Part shown: positions 41,913 through 50,251 of the stretch, piece after piece | How positions within the stretch are numbered: the stretch's first letter is position 1 | Layout of the letters: each line of letters opens with the position of its first letter | Assembly: GCA_963734495.1 (NCBI GenBank) | Contig: CAVTHK010000016.1 | Location: forward strand, 224,001-288,000 | Length of the DNA: 64,000 nt | DNA from: an uncultured Spirochaetota bacterium | Lineage (GTDB): Bacteria; Spirochaetota; Spirochaetia; SZUA-6; CAVTHK01 | Reading direction: 5' to 3' | Notes under the pieces: generated by a model | Databases searched by the model: none | Told to the model about the DNA's origin: nothing | Seen by the model: the letters and a program-made list of their open reading frames with translations, nothing else | Program-made: the position numbers and the translations under genes

Positions 41913-42980
41913 GTGGCCGATACCGTCACCTATCGGCAGGCCGTCACCACGATGATCACATACATCGGGATGGACCCTGCGATCTACTGGCGCGCACGCG
42001 AAGGCACGTTAGGCGAGCGAATAGGCTTGGGCCCTAGGCTGAGGGTCGACCGGCGCCAAGCTGCACGTCTTGTCGAGGTACTCCGGCAATATGTCTCTGA
42101 CGTTGAGTCGGGGCGGCTGGCCGTTGCGGGGGGAGCCCACCTGCTGGAGAAATACGTCTTCCTCGGAGAGTACGAGAAAGCGCTGGGGTTGGCCAGAGAC
42201 GATCGTGTTTTCGACATCCGGATGGCGATGAAACGACCGCTGGGCTTGGACATAGAGGGCCACGAATGCGCGACCATGTTCAGAGCGCATTCTGGCGCGT
42301 GGCAAGTGGATCTGAACGACGACGATTTCCAAGCGTTTATTGACATACAGGTGGCCTCATGGCGTGAGTTGGCCGGCGGGAACTTCATAGCTTTCGAAGA
42401 GAAGTGGCTCTACAGGACTATCGATTCCAGGCCAAAGCAAGTAGCTGAATACGTGACCCTCGTCCCGCCGATCGAGGGGTTGGTCGGCAGGAGAGGAAAC
42501 ACGATGGTTCTCCGATACTACGACCACATGGAACAGTGCTTGTCCGAGCTCGGCGTTTCGCGACTGGCGGAGACTGTCCGACAGTTTGCGAACGCGCAGC
42601 GGACAAGAAAGGGTCTCCCGCGGATAGGCGAAGGCTGGGTGTCGGAGACCGCACTCTATCAGTCCATCAAAGCGAGATTCCCGGCTCTGAAGATCGTGCA
42701 GCACGCTCGGCCTATGTGGCTTGAACCGCAGCACATAGATGTGTTCTTGCCCGAGATAGAGTTGGCGGTCGAGTATCAGGGCAAGCAGCAGCACGATCAA
42801 CCTCTGAAGTACTTTGGCGGCAAGAAAGCACATGCAGCGCAGCGGAAGCGAGATGCCCGCAAGAAATCTCTTTGTCAAGAACACGGCGTCCTACTGCTCG
42901 AAGTTGTTCCCTACTACGACTTCGAACAAGTAGCCGCGCAAATCGCGGACAGAATCCGTACGCACGGAATCGTCAAGTAG
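41913..42980 (+). CDS. Hypothetical protein with C-terminal DUF559/PD-(D/E)XK-like nuclease domain
   Basis: GEGWVSETALY, HIDVFLPEIELAVEYQG, RDARKKSLCQEHGVLLLEV. Confidence 0.65.
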   Translation: MADTVTYRQAVTTMITYIGMDPAIYWRAREGTLGERIGLGPRLRVDRRQAARLVEVLRQYVSDVESGRLAVAGGAHLLEKYVFLGEYEKALGLARDDRVFDIRMAMKRPLGLDIEGHECATMFRAHSGAWQVDLNDDDFQAFIDIQVASWRELAGGNFIAFEEKWLYRTIDSRPKQVAEYVTLVPPIEGLVGRRGNTMVLRYYDHMEQCLSELGVSRLAETVRQFANAQRTRKGLPRIGEGWVSETALYQSIKARFPALKIVQHARPMWLEPQHIDVFLPEIELAVEYQGKQQHDQPLKYFGGKKAHAAQRKRDARKKSLCQEHGVLLLEVVPYYDFEQVAAQIADRIRTHGIVK

Positions 42981-43099
42981 GCTCACAACCCCTCTTCATT
43001 CTTGCGTTTCAGTCGAGACCATCATCGTCCTGCCCTAGACGCGTTTGCTGGTGATCCACACGATGGCTTAGAATGGGCGCGAGAGAGGTGGAGATAACA

Positions 43100-44881
43100 A
43101 TGAGGCGAAGACTGGCAGCCCTCACGCTACTTCTGGTGGCCAGCGCTCTCTCTGGCGGGCCCGTGGAGGACGCCCAAGCCGCCTACGACCTGGGCGACTA
43201 CGCTGCCGCGATGCAGTTGTGCCTCCCACTCGCCGAGAAAGGCAACGCTGAAGCTCAGTACAACGTCGGCCGTATGTACTTCAAAGGCGAGGGCGTGGCC
43301 CAAGAGTACGCCGAGGCGAAGAAGTGGTGGCTCCAGGCTGCCACCCAGGGGCTCCCGATTGCCCAGTACTGCCTGGGCTTGATGTACGCTGACGGTCAAG
43401 GCGTGGCCCAAGACTACCTCACGGCTGCGTTTTGGTTTCGCGGTGCAGCCAATCAAGGTAACGTGCACGCGCAGGCGGCACTTGGCTATCTCTACTACAA
43501 CGGGTTGGGTCTCGCTTGCGACTATGTCGAGGCCGCGAAATGGTACCGCAAAGCTGCAGAACAGGGCGTTGCGACAGCGCAGAGCGACCTCGGGCTTATG
43601 TACGAACTCGGACGGGGTGTGTCTCAGGACTACACCGAGGCGGTCAAATGGTACCGCAAGGCGGCCGAACAGGGAGAAGCATTTGGGCAACTACGGCTCG
43701 GCCTGATGTACTACGAGGGCCGGGGCGGCGTGCCTCGCCTCTACACTGAAGCCGCAAGGTTGTACAAACTCTCCGCCGAGCAGGGCAATCCATTTGCCCA
43801 ACTTAACCTCGCGTGGAGCTACCTTGACGGCAAGGGCGTACCCCAGAACCGGTCCGAAGGAATAAGGTCGTACGAGTTGGCGACCCAGCAAGACTGGCTA
43901 TTGGCTTCTTTCGCCCAAACGAGCCTTGGCAATATCTACGCCAAGGCGAGTGATTATGCCAACGCGATAAGGTGTTACAACCTGGCCGCTGATCGAGGCT
44001 GGGGGGAGGCCCAACTCAATCTGGGTGATATCTACGCCGAAGGCAGAGGCGTTCCGCAGGACCTTGCTGAAGCCCACAAATGGTACAACTTGGCGGCGGC
44101 TTCAAATTACTTTGGGGCGGCTGCGCGCCGAGATGGCATTGCCGCAAAGATGACTCAGGAACAACTGGCTGAGGCCGAGAAACGCGCACTGGTGTGGAAG
44201 CCGTGGACGCATACGGTCAATATCACGGTCGCCACCGATGCGACGTGGCCGCCGATGGAATTCGTCAACGGCGCTAAGGAGATCGTCGGCTTCGACATCG
44301 ACCTGATGAAGGCCGCGGCCAAGGCGGGCGGCTTCCAGGTGGAGTTCAAGAACACGGCGTGGGACGGCATCTTTGCCGGTCTCGCCAACGGCGAGTACGA
44401 CGCGGTGATCTCTTCGGTGACCATCACCGAAGAGCGTAAGCAGACGATGGACTTCTCGGTTCCGTACATCAACGCGGGGCAGGTGCTCGTGGTGCGCTCG
44501 GACTCCAGAGCGGCGAAGCTCGCCAACCTCACCGGTAAGAACGTCGGCGCCCAAATCGGCACCACCGGGGCCGTCGAGGTCGAGAAGGTCAAGGGCGTGA
44601 CGCTCAAGACCTATGACGAGCTCGGGCTGGCCATCGAGGACCTCTCGACCGCGCGCATCGACGCCGTGGTCTGCGACAGCCCGATCGCGGCGAACTACGT
44701 CCTTCAGAACCCGACCTACAGGGGCAGGCTCAAAATCGTCGGTCAGCCGTTCACGCAGGAGCTCTACGGTGTTGCGGTCAGGAAGGGAAACACCAAGGCG
44801 CTCGAGGAGATCAATGCTGGCCTGAGGAAGGTGCTCGAGTCTCCCGAGTATCAGCGGATCAAGACAAAGTGGCTCCCGTGA
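43100..44881 (+). CDS. Secreted Sel1-like repeat protein fused to a family-3 amino-acid ABC substrate-binding domain
   Basis: Signal peptide; about 8 AQ..LG.MY..G.GV.QDY..A.KWY.KAA.QG repeats; then VATDATWPPMEF, GFDIDL, TITEER, GAQIGTTG. Confidence 0.85.
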   Translation: MRRRLAALTLLLVASALSGGPVEDAQAAYDLGDYAAAMQLCLPLAEKGNAEAQYNVGRMYFKGEGVAQEYAEAKKWWLQAATQGLPIAQYCLGLMYADGQGVAQDYLTAAFWFRGAANQGNVHAQAALGYLYYNGLGLACDYVEAAKWYRKAAEQGVATAQSDLGLMYELGRGVSQDYTEAVKWYRKAAEQGEAFGQLRLGLMYYEGRGGVPRLYTEAARLYKLSAEQGNPFAQLNLAWSYLDGKGVPQNRSEGIRSYELATQQDWLLASFAQTSLGNIYAKASDYANAIRCYNLAADRGWGEAQLNLGDIYAEGRGVPQDLAEAHKWYNLAAASNYFGAAARRDGIAAKMTQEQLAEAEKRALVWKPWTHTVNITVATDATWPPMEFVNGAKEIVGFDIDLMKAAAKAGGFQVEFKNTAWDGIFAGLANGEYDAVISSVTITEERKQTMDFSVPYINAGQVLVVRSDSRAAKLANLTGKNVGAQIGTTGAVEVEKVKGVTLKTYDELGLAIEDLSTARIDAVVCDSPIAANYVLQNPTYRGRLKIVGQPFTQELYGVAVRKGNTKALEEINAGLRKVLESPEYQRIKTKWLP

Positions 44882-45012
44882 AGGCCGGACCCGTCCTCGC
44901 CGGGACCGGAAGCCTGTTCGATGTGCTGCGCCCGTGTCGCTATGCCGCAGGCGGGGCAGTTTTCTCCGATTTGTGGGGGAATCTGATGCCTCCGCCTCCG
45001 CGCCGTGTGTCT

Positions 45013-45303
45013 TCACGGCTGCGGCCCTGACCGCCTGAATTCGCCGGGCCTGCTCCTCGGTCCGAGGGCCGCCCGTTGGGCCGCAGCTCCATGCTCTTTC
45101 GGTGTCAGCGCCCCGTAGCGAAGCCCGAGCGCGAGCTCCGTGTAGCGAGCGGCGACGGCCAGACGCTTGGCCCTCGACAGCCGGCACCGGCGCTCTGGAT
45201 CGTCGGGATGGGCCTCGAGCGGCTCCTGGTAGCCCGGGTGCAGCGGGCAGTTGTTGACCGCGCAAGTCTTGAACCGCGGGCAGGCTTCGGATAGTTGAGT
45301 CAC
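45013..45303 (-). CDS. Small Cys-containing hypothetical protein (mobile-element-like)
   Basis: AGAGG SD; GTG overlaps the upstream TGA; CPRFKTCAVNNCPLHP...C. Confidence 0.55.
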   Translation of the reverse strand: MTQLSEACPRFKTCAVNNCPLHPGYQEPLEAHPDDPERRCRLSRAKRLAVAARYTELALGLRYGALTPKEHGAAAQRAALGPRSRPGEFRRSGPQP

Positions 45304-45449
45304 TCGTTAACCTCTGTCTTCTCGAGCAGGCCGGTCACGGCGCAGCGGAGGGACACGCCCTGCTCGGCGCAGGCTCGCTCGAGCGCCTCGCCGAGTTCGG
45401 GCGGGAGGTTGAGGTTCACGATGGGATCCGTCCTTGCGCTTTCCGCCAA
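45300..45449 (-). CDS. Small ribbon-helix-helix-like DNA-binding protein (start uncertain)
   Basis: IVNLNLPPELGEALERACAEQGVSLRCAVTGLL fits a beta-alpha-alpha RHH pattern. Confidence 0.45.
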   Translation of the reverse strand: MAESARTDPIVNLNLPPELGEALERACAEQGVSLRCAVTGLLEKTEVNE

Positions 45450-45537
45450 GGGAACGTCGACCAGGTCGCCGGCGGCCTCCACGGCTCGGCGAACGGCACC
45501 CGGCGTCAAGAGATTTGAGCATCCGAGCCGAATTGTC

Positions 45538-45567
45538 CGCTGTTGTGCGCTGTTGCGCGCTGTTGCG
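45538..45567. repeat. Three tandem 10-bp direct repeats CGCTGTTGYG
   Basis: cgctgttgtg cgctgttgcg cgctgttgcg read directly. Confidence 0.85.
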
Positions 45568-45914
45568 CCGTGGGTTCGCTCGTACGATGATGCCCGCACA
45601 GCGGTGTCGTTCCCCTGAAACTGCGCGGCTCCTGTTGCGGCGGGGCTGCGGTCGGGCCAGCGAAGGGTCGCCTGGGGCCCTTCCTCGTGCCGACCCCAGC
45701 GAGGACGACTCAGGGCAAAAGGGAGGCCCATGGCAGGCGCACTCGCTTGCCACGGTACACAGCGATGGGCAGGTGGAGTGCTGCCCGACGCTCCCCGCAC
45801 CCGAGCTGATTATATGAAGACGCTGCGCCCCTGAAGACTGAGAGCAGCTTGCCGGTCACGCTGGTGAACCGCGATAATCTTCCGTGACTCCGCAGCAACT
45901 CTCGGGGGACAACC

Positions 45915-46277
45915 ATGGCAACGTTGGTGGAACGCGCAACAGTCATCCTGGCGGCCGGCAACATGCCGAAGAGGATCGAGGAGCTCGTCGGGCGCGTCAA
46001 CACTGGGACAGGCGACCTTAGCATCGCGCACATGCGCAGCCCGTCCGGATGGGTCGAGCCGGGACAGACGCCCGAGTTCGCGGAATACTCGGTCGTGCTT
46101 GCGGGCACCCTGCGGGTGACGACGCGCCAAGGTGTCGTCGACGTCCGCGAAGGGCAGGCGGTGATGGTGTCGGCGGGAGAGTGGGTTCAGTACAGCACTC
46201 CGTTTCCTTCCGGAGCTGACTACCTGTCTGTCTGCATCCCCGCGTTCTCGCCGGAATCGGTGCACCGGGACGCGTGA
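45915..46277 (+). CDS. Cupin-domain protein (EutQ-like)
   Basis: SPSGWVEPGQTPEFAEY, WVQYSTP, PAFSP. Confidence 0.8.
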   Translation: MATLVERATVILAAGNMPKRIEELVGRVNTGTGDLSIAHMRSPSGWVEPGQTPEFAEYSVVLAGTLRVTTRQGVVDVREGQAVMVSAGEWVQYSTPFPSGADYLSVCIPAFSPESVHRDA

Positions 46278-46409
46278 GGCATGCGGTCACCGCCTGCCGC
46301 CCGCAACGCCCGCGCCCGCTGCGTTCCCCGCAAGAAGGTCGAATCGCGCTGGCCCAAGTAGTGGCCCGAAAACATCAGGGCCGGGCGGCTCAATCGAGGA
46401 GGCAGTCGC

Positions 46410-47495
46410 ATGGAAGCCGATGTCTACCGTGATCTGGCCGAGCACCTCGATCGCCTTGGAGGCCTGCCTCCGAGCGAGACCGGGGCGGAGATCCCGATGC
46501 TCCGGGCCTTGTTCACGCCCGAGGAGGCCGCCCTGGCGATCAGGCTGACGCCGAGGCCGGAAACGGCGGCCGCCATCGCGGGCAGGACCGGGATCGACGC
46601 CGCGGCGGTCGAAACGAGCCTGGAGGCCATGGCGCAGAAGGGACTCGTCTTCGACGTTCGTCCGGCAGCGGGGGCGCCCCTGTACCAGGCCGTGCCGTGG
46701 GTCGTCGGCGTATGGGAGTTCCAAGTCGATAACCTGAGCAAGCGGCTGGTCGACCTGGTCGCAGAGTACAACAGGACCAGGCCGAAGGGCGCCCGGCCGC
46801 CAACAGCCGGCCAGATGCGGGTGATCCCTTCGGTAGCCAGCGTCGAGATCCGGCCCGTCGCGCTCCCTTACGAGATGGCGGACAAACTGGTGGAAGCGCA
46901 CACCCGATTCGCCGTGGCGCCCTGCATATGCCGCCGCAGGGCCAGGCTGCAGGGGCAGGGCTGCGACGTTCCGGACGAGTCGTGCCTGCTCTTCGGCGAG
47001 TTTGCCGATTTCTATGTCCGCACCGGCCGAGCGAGACCGCAAACCCGCGAACAGATCATGGAGCGCCTGAGGCGGGCAGACGAGTCGAACCTCGTTCTCT
47101 CGCCGAGCAACTCGAAACGCATCTCGTTCATCTGCTGCTGCTGCGGGTGCTGCTGCGGAGTGCTGCGCAGCCTCCGCCTTCGGCCTGATCCCGGCGACCT
47201 CATCGGCAGCCCGTTCATTGCCGCGCTCTCGGTCGACGACTGCACCGGATGCCTGACCTGTGTCGACCGGTGTCAGATGAAGGCTCTCGCCGCGGAAGCC
47301 GACAAAGTCAGGCTCGACCGCCGGCGATGCATCGGCTGCGGGCTCTGCGCGTCGACCTGTCCCGCGGACGCCCTGCATCTGGAGCGTCGCCGGCTGTCGA
47401 CGCCTGCGGAAATGCCGGCCGACCTCGCTGAGACATGGCTGCAAGCCGCGCAGGCACACGGCTGGAAGGCGCAGGCCCGACAGGAGACGCCATGA
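46410..47495 (+). CDS. 4Fe-4S dicluster protein with N-terminal HTH-like region
   Basis: GAGGAGG SD; CICR, ICCCCGCCCG, CTGCLTCVDRC, CIGCGLCASTCP. Confidence 0.85.
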   Translation: MEADVYRDLAEHLDRLGGLPPSETGAEIPMLRALFTPEEAALAIRLTPRPETAAAIAGRTGIDAAAVETSLEAMAQKGLVFDVRPAAGAPLYQAVPWVVGVWEFQVDNLSKRLVDLVAEYNRTRPKGARPPTAGQMRVIPSVASVEIRPVALPYEMADKLVEAHTRFAVAPCICRRRARLQGQGCDVPDESCLLFGEFADFYVRTGRARPQTREQIMERLRRADESNLVLSPSNSKRISFICCCCGCCCGVLRSLRLRPDPGDLIGSPFIAALSVDDCTGCLTCVDRCQMKALAAEADKVRLDRRRCIGCGLCASTCPADALHLERRRLSTPAEMPADLAETWLQAAQAHGWKAQARQETP

Positions 47496-48262
47496 GGTAC
47501 ATCGATCCGCTCGTCATCATGCGCGCTCGGGCGCAGGGCGCGGCGCTCCCATCCTGGCAGGCCGCCGTGATCGTGTTCCACGGCCGGGCACGGTCGCGGG
47601 CCATCGTGGAGCGACTCGGCGGACGCCCAATGACCCACACTGTCTTCGCCGGCCTGGAGCCCTCCGAGGTGCTGAGCACGACTTGCGGCGGCCGACCCGT
47701 GGGAATCCTTTGCAGTGTCGGCCGCCAGGCGGGCGGCGGGCCTCTCGCGGCGGCGCTCGTCGAGGAGCTCTCGTCTATCGGAGTCCGATGGATCCTGGGG
47801 CTGGGATGCGCCGGTTCGATCGACCCGTCCGTTCACCGCGGGTCTCAGTTCGTCATAGCGACGGCCCTCGCAACGGACGGCACGAGCCGAAGCTACCTCG
47901 GTACGGCCGCCGCAGCGACGCCGGACGAGACCATGCTGCAGGCCGCGGCCGCGATCGAGAAGCGGCGCGGCCGCCCGATACCGAGGCTCACTGCCGCGAC
48001 GGTCGACGCAATCTACCGCGAGACTCCGGAAGCCGTAGCCCGCTGGCGCGGAGCCGGCGCGCACATCATCAATATGGAGGCCGCGCCGCTCTATGCGGCC
48101 GCACAGGTCTGCGGTGCGCGTGCCCTCTACGTCGGGCATGTGAGCGACGAGCTGCACGGGCCCGAATGGAACGCCTGGTTCGGCGGCGACCGGGGCCCGA
48201 TGGCCGCGGAGAGCGCGGACATCGCCGCCGGCATCCTCGCGGAGGTGCTGGCCGGCGGATAG
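47492..48262 (+). CDS. Nucleoside phosphorylase (PNP/UDP family)
   Basis: GCAGSI, DGTSRSYL, DAIYRET, NMEAA, VSD. Confidence 0.8.
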   Translation: MRYIDPLVIMRARAQGAALPSWQAAVIVFHGRARSRAIVERLGGRPMTHTVFAGLEPSEVLSTTCGGRPVGILCSVGRQAGGGPLAAALVEELSSIGVRWILGLGCAGSIDPSVHRGSQFVIATALATDGTSRSYLGTAAAATPDETMLQAAAAIEKRRGRPIPRLTAATVDAIYRETPEAVARWRGAGAHIINMEAAPLYAAAQVCGARALYVGHVSDELHGPEWNAWFGGDRGPMAAESADIAAGILAEVLAGG

Positions 48263-48388
48263 CTGCTTGCCGTCGTCCCGCCGCAGGGTCATACTTTCCG
48301 CGTGATCGCGGCGAGACAGGGGGGCCATGACGGGTGAGTCGCTGCGCCGGCCGAGGGTCGTGGCGGCCCCGCGGCAAGGAGATGACGC

Positions 48389-48784
48389 ATGATGCTCGAG
48401 AAGACCGCGCACACGTTCGAGGTGCTGGATCTGCGATGCAGCAGGTGCGGGAAGAGCTTCCGGCACTACAGGCCGGAAGCGGAGATGGAGCACTGCGACT
48501 CGACGGTGTGCATATGCACCGGGTGCGGCAGGCTGTACTGCCTCAGCCTGTGGGAAGACGGCCCAACGCACCAGGTACTCAGGTCGATCCGCCGCGATTG
48601 CGGCGGCCGCCTCGAAGCGGAAGCCTCCATGATCGCGAAGCTGCTCCCTCGCTGCGGCTGCGGGGCTCCGATCGCGGTCTATGGCGAGCTGTGTCCTTCG
48701 TGCGGATCGCACAACCACGTGACCATGGGGGTGACCATGGAAACGCACGACGTCTCGCCCCTCAGCCTCGCCGGGGGCGCGTGA
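48389..48784 (+). CDS. Cys-rich, Zn-ribbon-like hypothetical protein
   Basis: AAGGAG SD; CSRC, CTGC, CGC, CPSC. Confidence 0.6.
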   Translation: MMLEKTAHTFEVLDLRCSRCGKSFRHYRPEAEMEHCDSTVCICTGCGRLYCLSLWEDGPTHQVLRSIRRDCGGRLEAEASMIAKLLPRCGCGAPIAVYGELCPSCGSHNHVTMGVTMETHDVSPLSLAGGA

Positions 48785-49302
48785 CGCGGGCATCCATGCG
48801 CACGATCCGCTCTCGCGTCGCCCTGGTCATCCTGGTGGCCGCTGCGACGTTTGCCTCCGACCAGGCTGCCAAGCATCTTGCCCGCGCATACCTGCGCGGG
48901 GCGGGGACGGTGAGGGTCGTCGGCGACCTGCTCATCATGACGTACGCCGAGAACGACGGAGCGTTCCTCAGCCTGGGGCACGGCTGGCCGCAGCCCCTCA
49001 AGCTCGTCGTCTTCTCGGGCCTCTCGGCGATCGTGGTGACGGCCGCTTTCGCGTGGGCCGCGGCAAACCAGCGCCTGGATCCCCTTCAGGTCTTTGCGTT
49101 GTCCCTGATCGCCGGAGGCGGGCTTGGCAACCTGGTGGACCGGGTAACACACGGCGGCCGCGTCACGGACTTCCTGAATGTCGGAGTGGGGATATTGCGA
49201 TCGGGGGTGTTCAACCTCGCGGACATGTACCTGCTCGCGGGAATGGTCCTCATTCTCCTTGCGAGCGGAAAGTCGCGAGGGTCAATCAGGCGAGGATGTT
49301 GA
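48781..49302 (+). CDS. lspA: Lipoprotein signal peptidase II
   Basis: DQAAK, ENDGAFLS, GGGLGNLVDR, VTDFL, VFNLAD. Confidence 0.9.
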   Translation: MTRASMRTIRSRVALVILVAAATFASDQAAKHLARAYLRGAGTVRVVGDLLIMTYAENDGAFLSLGHGWPQPLKLVVFSGLSAIVVTAAFAWAAANQRLDPLQVFALSLIAGGGLGNLVDRVTHGGRVTDFLNVGVGILRSGVFNLADMYLLAGMVLILLASGKSRGSIRRGC

Positions 49303-49480
49303 CAATCGTGCCCATCTCGGGCGGGAACGCACCCTGCTGTTGCTGCTGCTGCCAGGCCCAGAGGGCCCCGGTCTGCGTGTTGTTGCCCTGGCCGTTGACC
49401 GGCTCGGAATCCCGGAACGTCTGCAGCGGGGTCGGGTTCAGGACGTACCGGCTCGCCATGCTGTTGGTGTCGATCGTCAT
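49286..49480 (-). CDS. 64-aa orphan protein with a poly-Gln tract
   Basis: Own promoter TTGCCG-17nt-TACATT 6 nt before ATG; host-like codons; ends MGTIVNILA. Confidence 0.6.
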   Translation of the reverse strand: MTIDTNSMASRYVLNPTPLQTFRDSEPVNGQGNNTQTGALWAWQQQQQQGAFPPEMGTIVNILA

Positions 49481-49574
49481 GGGAACAATGTACCCATCGG
49501 GCCGTTCGGCGGCAAGGCGGCCTATCGCACGCTAGGGCGCACGAACAGGCGCCCGGGGAAGGCAGACGGGCCTT

Positions 49575-50141
49575 TCAGCCCAGGGTCACGAGAGCCCGAG
49601 GAAGATTGTTGAATATGAAGTCGACCGTCTCCGCCTCCGTCAAGCCCGAGCTGTCTACCCAGAGACCGACATGGGGGGTCTCCGTCCGGAGGACGCGGTC
49701 GAAGCTCGCGATCGCGTCGGGGCTGCCATAGCCCTTCTTGTTCCGAGCCCCTTCCCGCGAGGCGATCGACTCGGCGGACGGGCACAGCACCACAACGTGC
49801 GGGCGCCGGCCCTCGTAGAGCGCGAGCACCTCGCTGAGCCCGCTGCCTATGATGATGTCCTGGTAGACGACGGAAAAGCCCGCGTCGAGGTAGAGCCCCG
49901 CGACCGTCGCGGCCGCCCGGTAGCGAAGGCGCAGCTGCGCGACCGCTTCGTCGGAGAGCTCGAACCCCATCTCCGCCCTGCCGCGGACGATCATCCTCCG
50001 GAAGACGTCGCCTCGCAGGTGCACGCTTCGCGGGATACGCTCTGCGACCAGTTGGGCAACCGTGGACTTGCCCGCTGCCATGATTCCCGTGATCAGGATC
50101 AGCTTCGGCGCCCCGGCCTCCGGGGCGCCTTTTGTTTCCAT
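49575..50141 (-). CDS. Small P-loop kinase/phosphotransferase
   Basis: ITGIMAAGKST, HLRGDVFRRM; TAAGAT box 7 nt before ATG 50141. Confidence 0.8.
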   Translation of the reverse strand: METKGAPEAGAPKLILITGIMAAGKSTVAQLVAERIPRSVHLRGDVFRRMIVRGRAEMGFELSDEAVAQLRLRYRAAATVAGLYLDAGFSVVYQDIIIGSGLSEVLALYEGRRPHVVVLCPSAESIASREGARNKKGYGSPDAIASFDRVLRTETPHVGLWVDSSGLTEAETVDFIFNNLPRALVTLG

Positions 50142-50251
50142 GGCCGCCATCTTAGGCGAGGCGGCCGTCGCGCGCAATCGCGGGCAGCGTTTCGGAATGT
50201 GTCGGGATGCCCGCGATTGACACGGACGGCTCCCGCGGGTACGCCGTTCGC

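Larger units (their letters stand above)
40140..45850. mobile_element. Less GC-rich accessory islet or decayed integrative element (no integrase seen)
   Basis: Compositional shift, nuclease and abortive-infection-like cargo, next to a tRNA, short repeats at both ends. Confidence 0.5.

Noticed and set aside
45538-45567. Tandem repeats as a CRISPR array
   Set aside because: 10-bp units with no spacers and no cas genes; no CRISPR array seen anywhere in the window.
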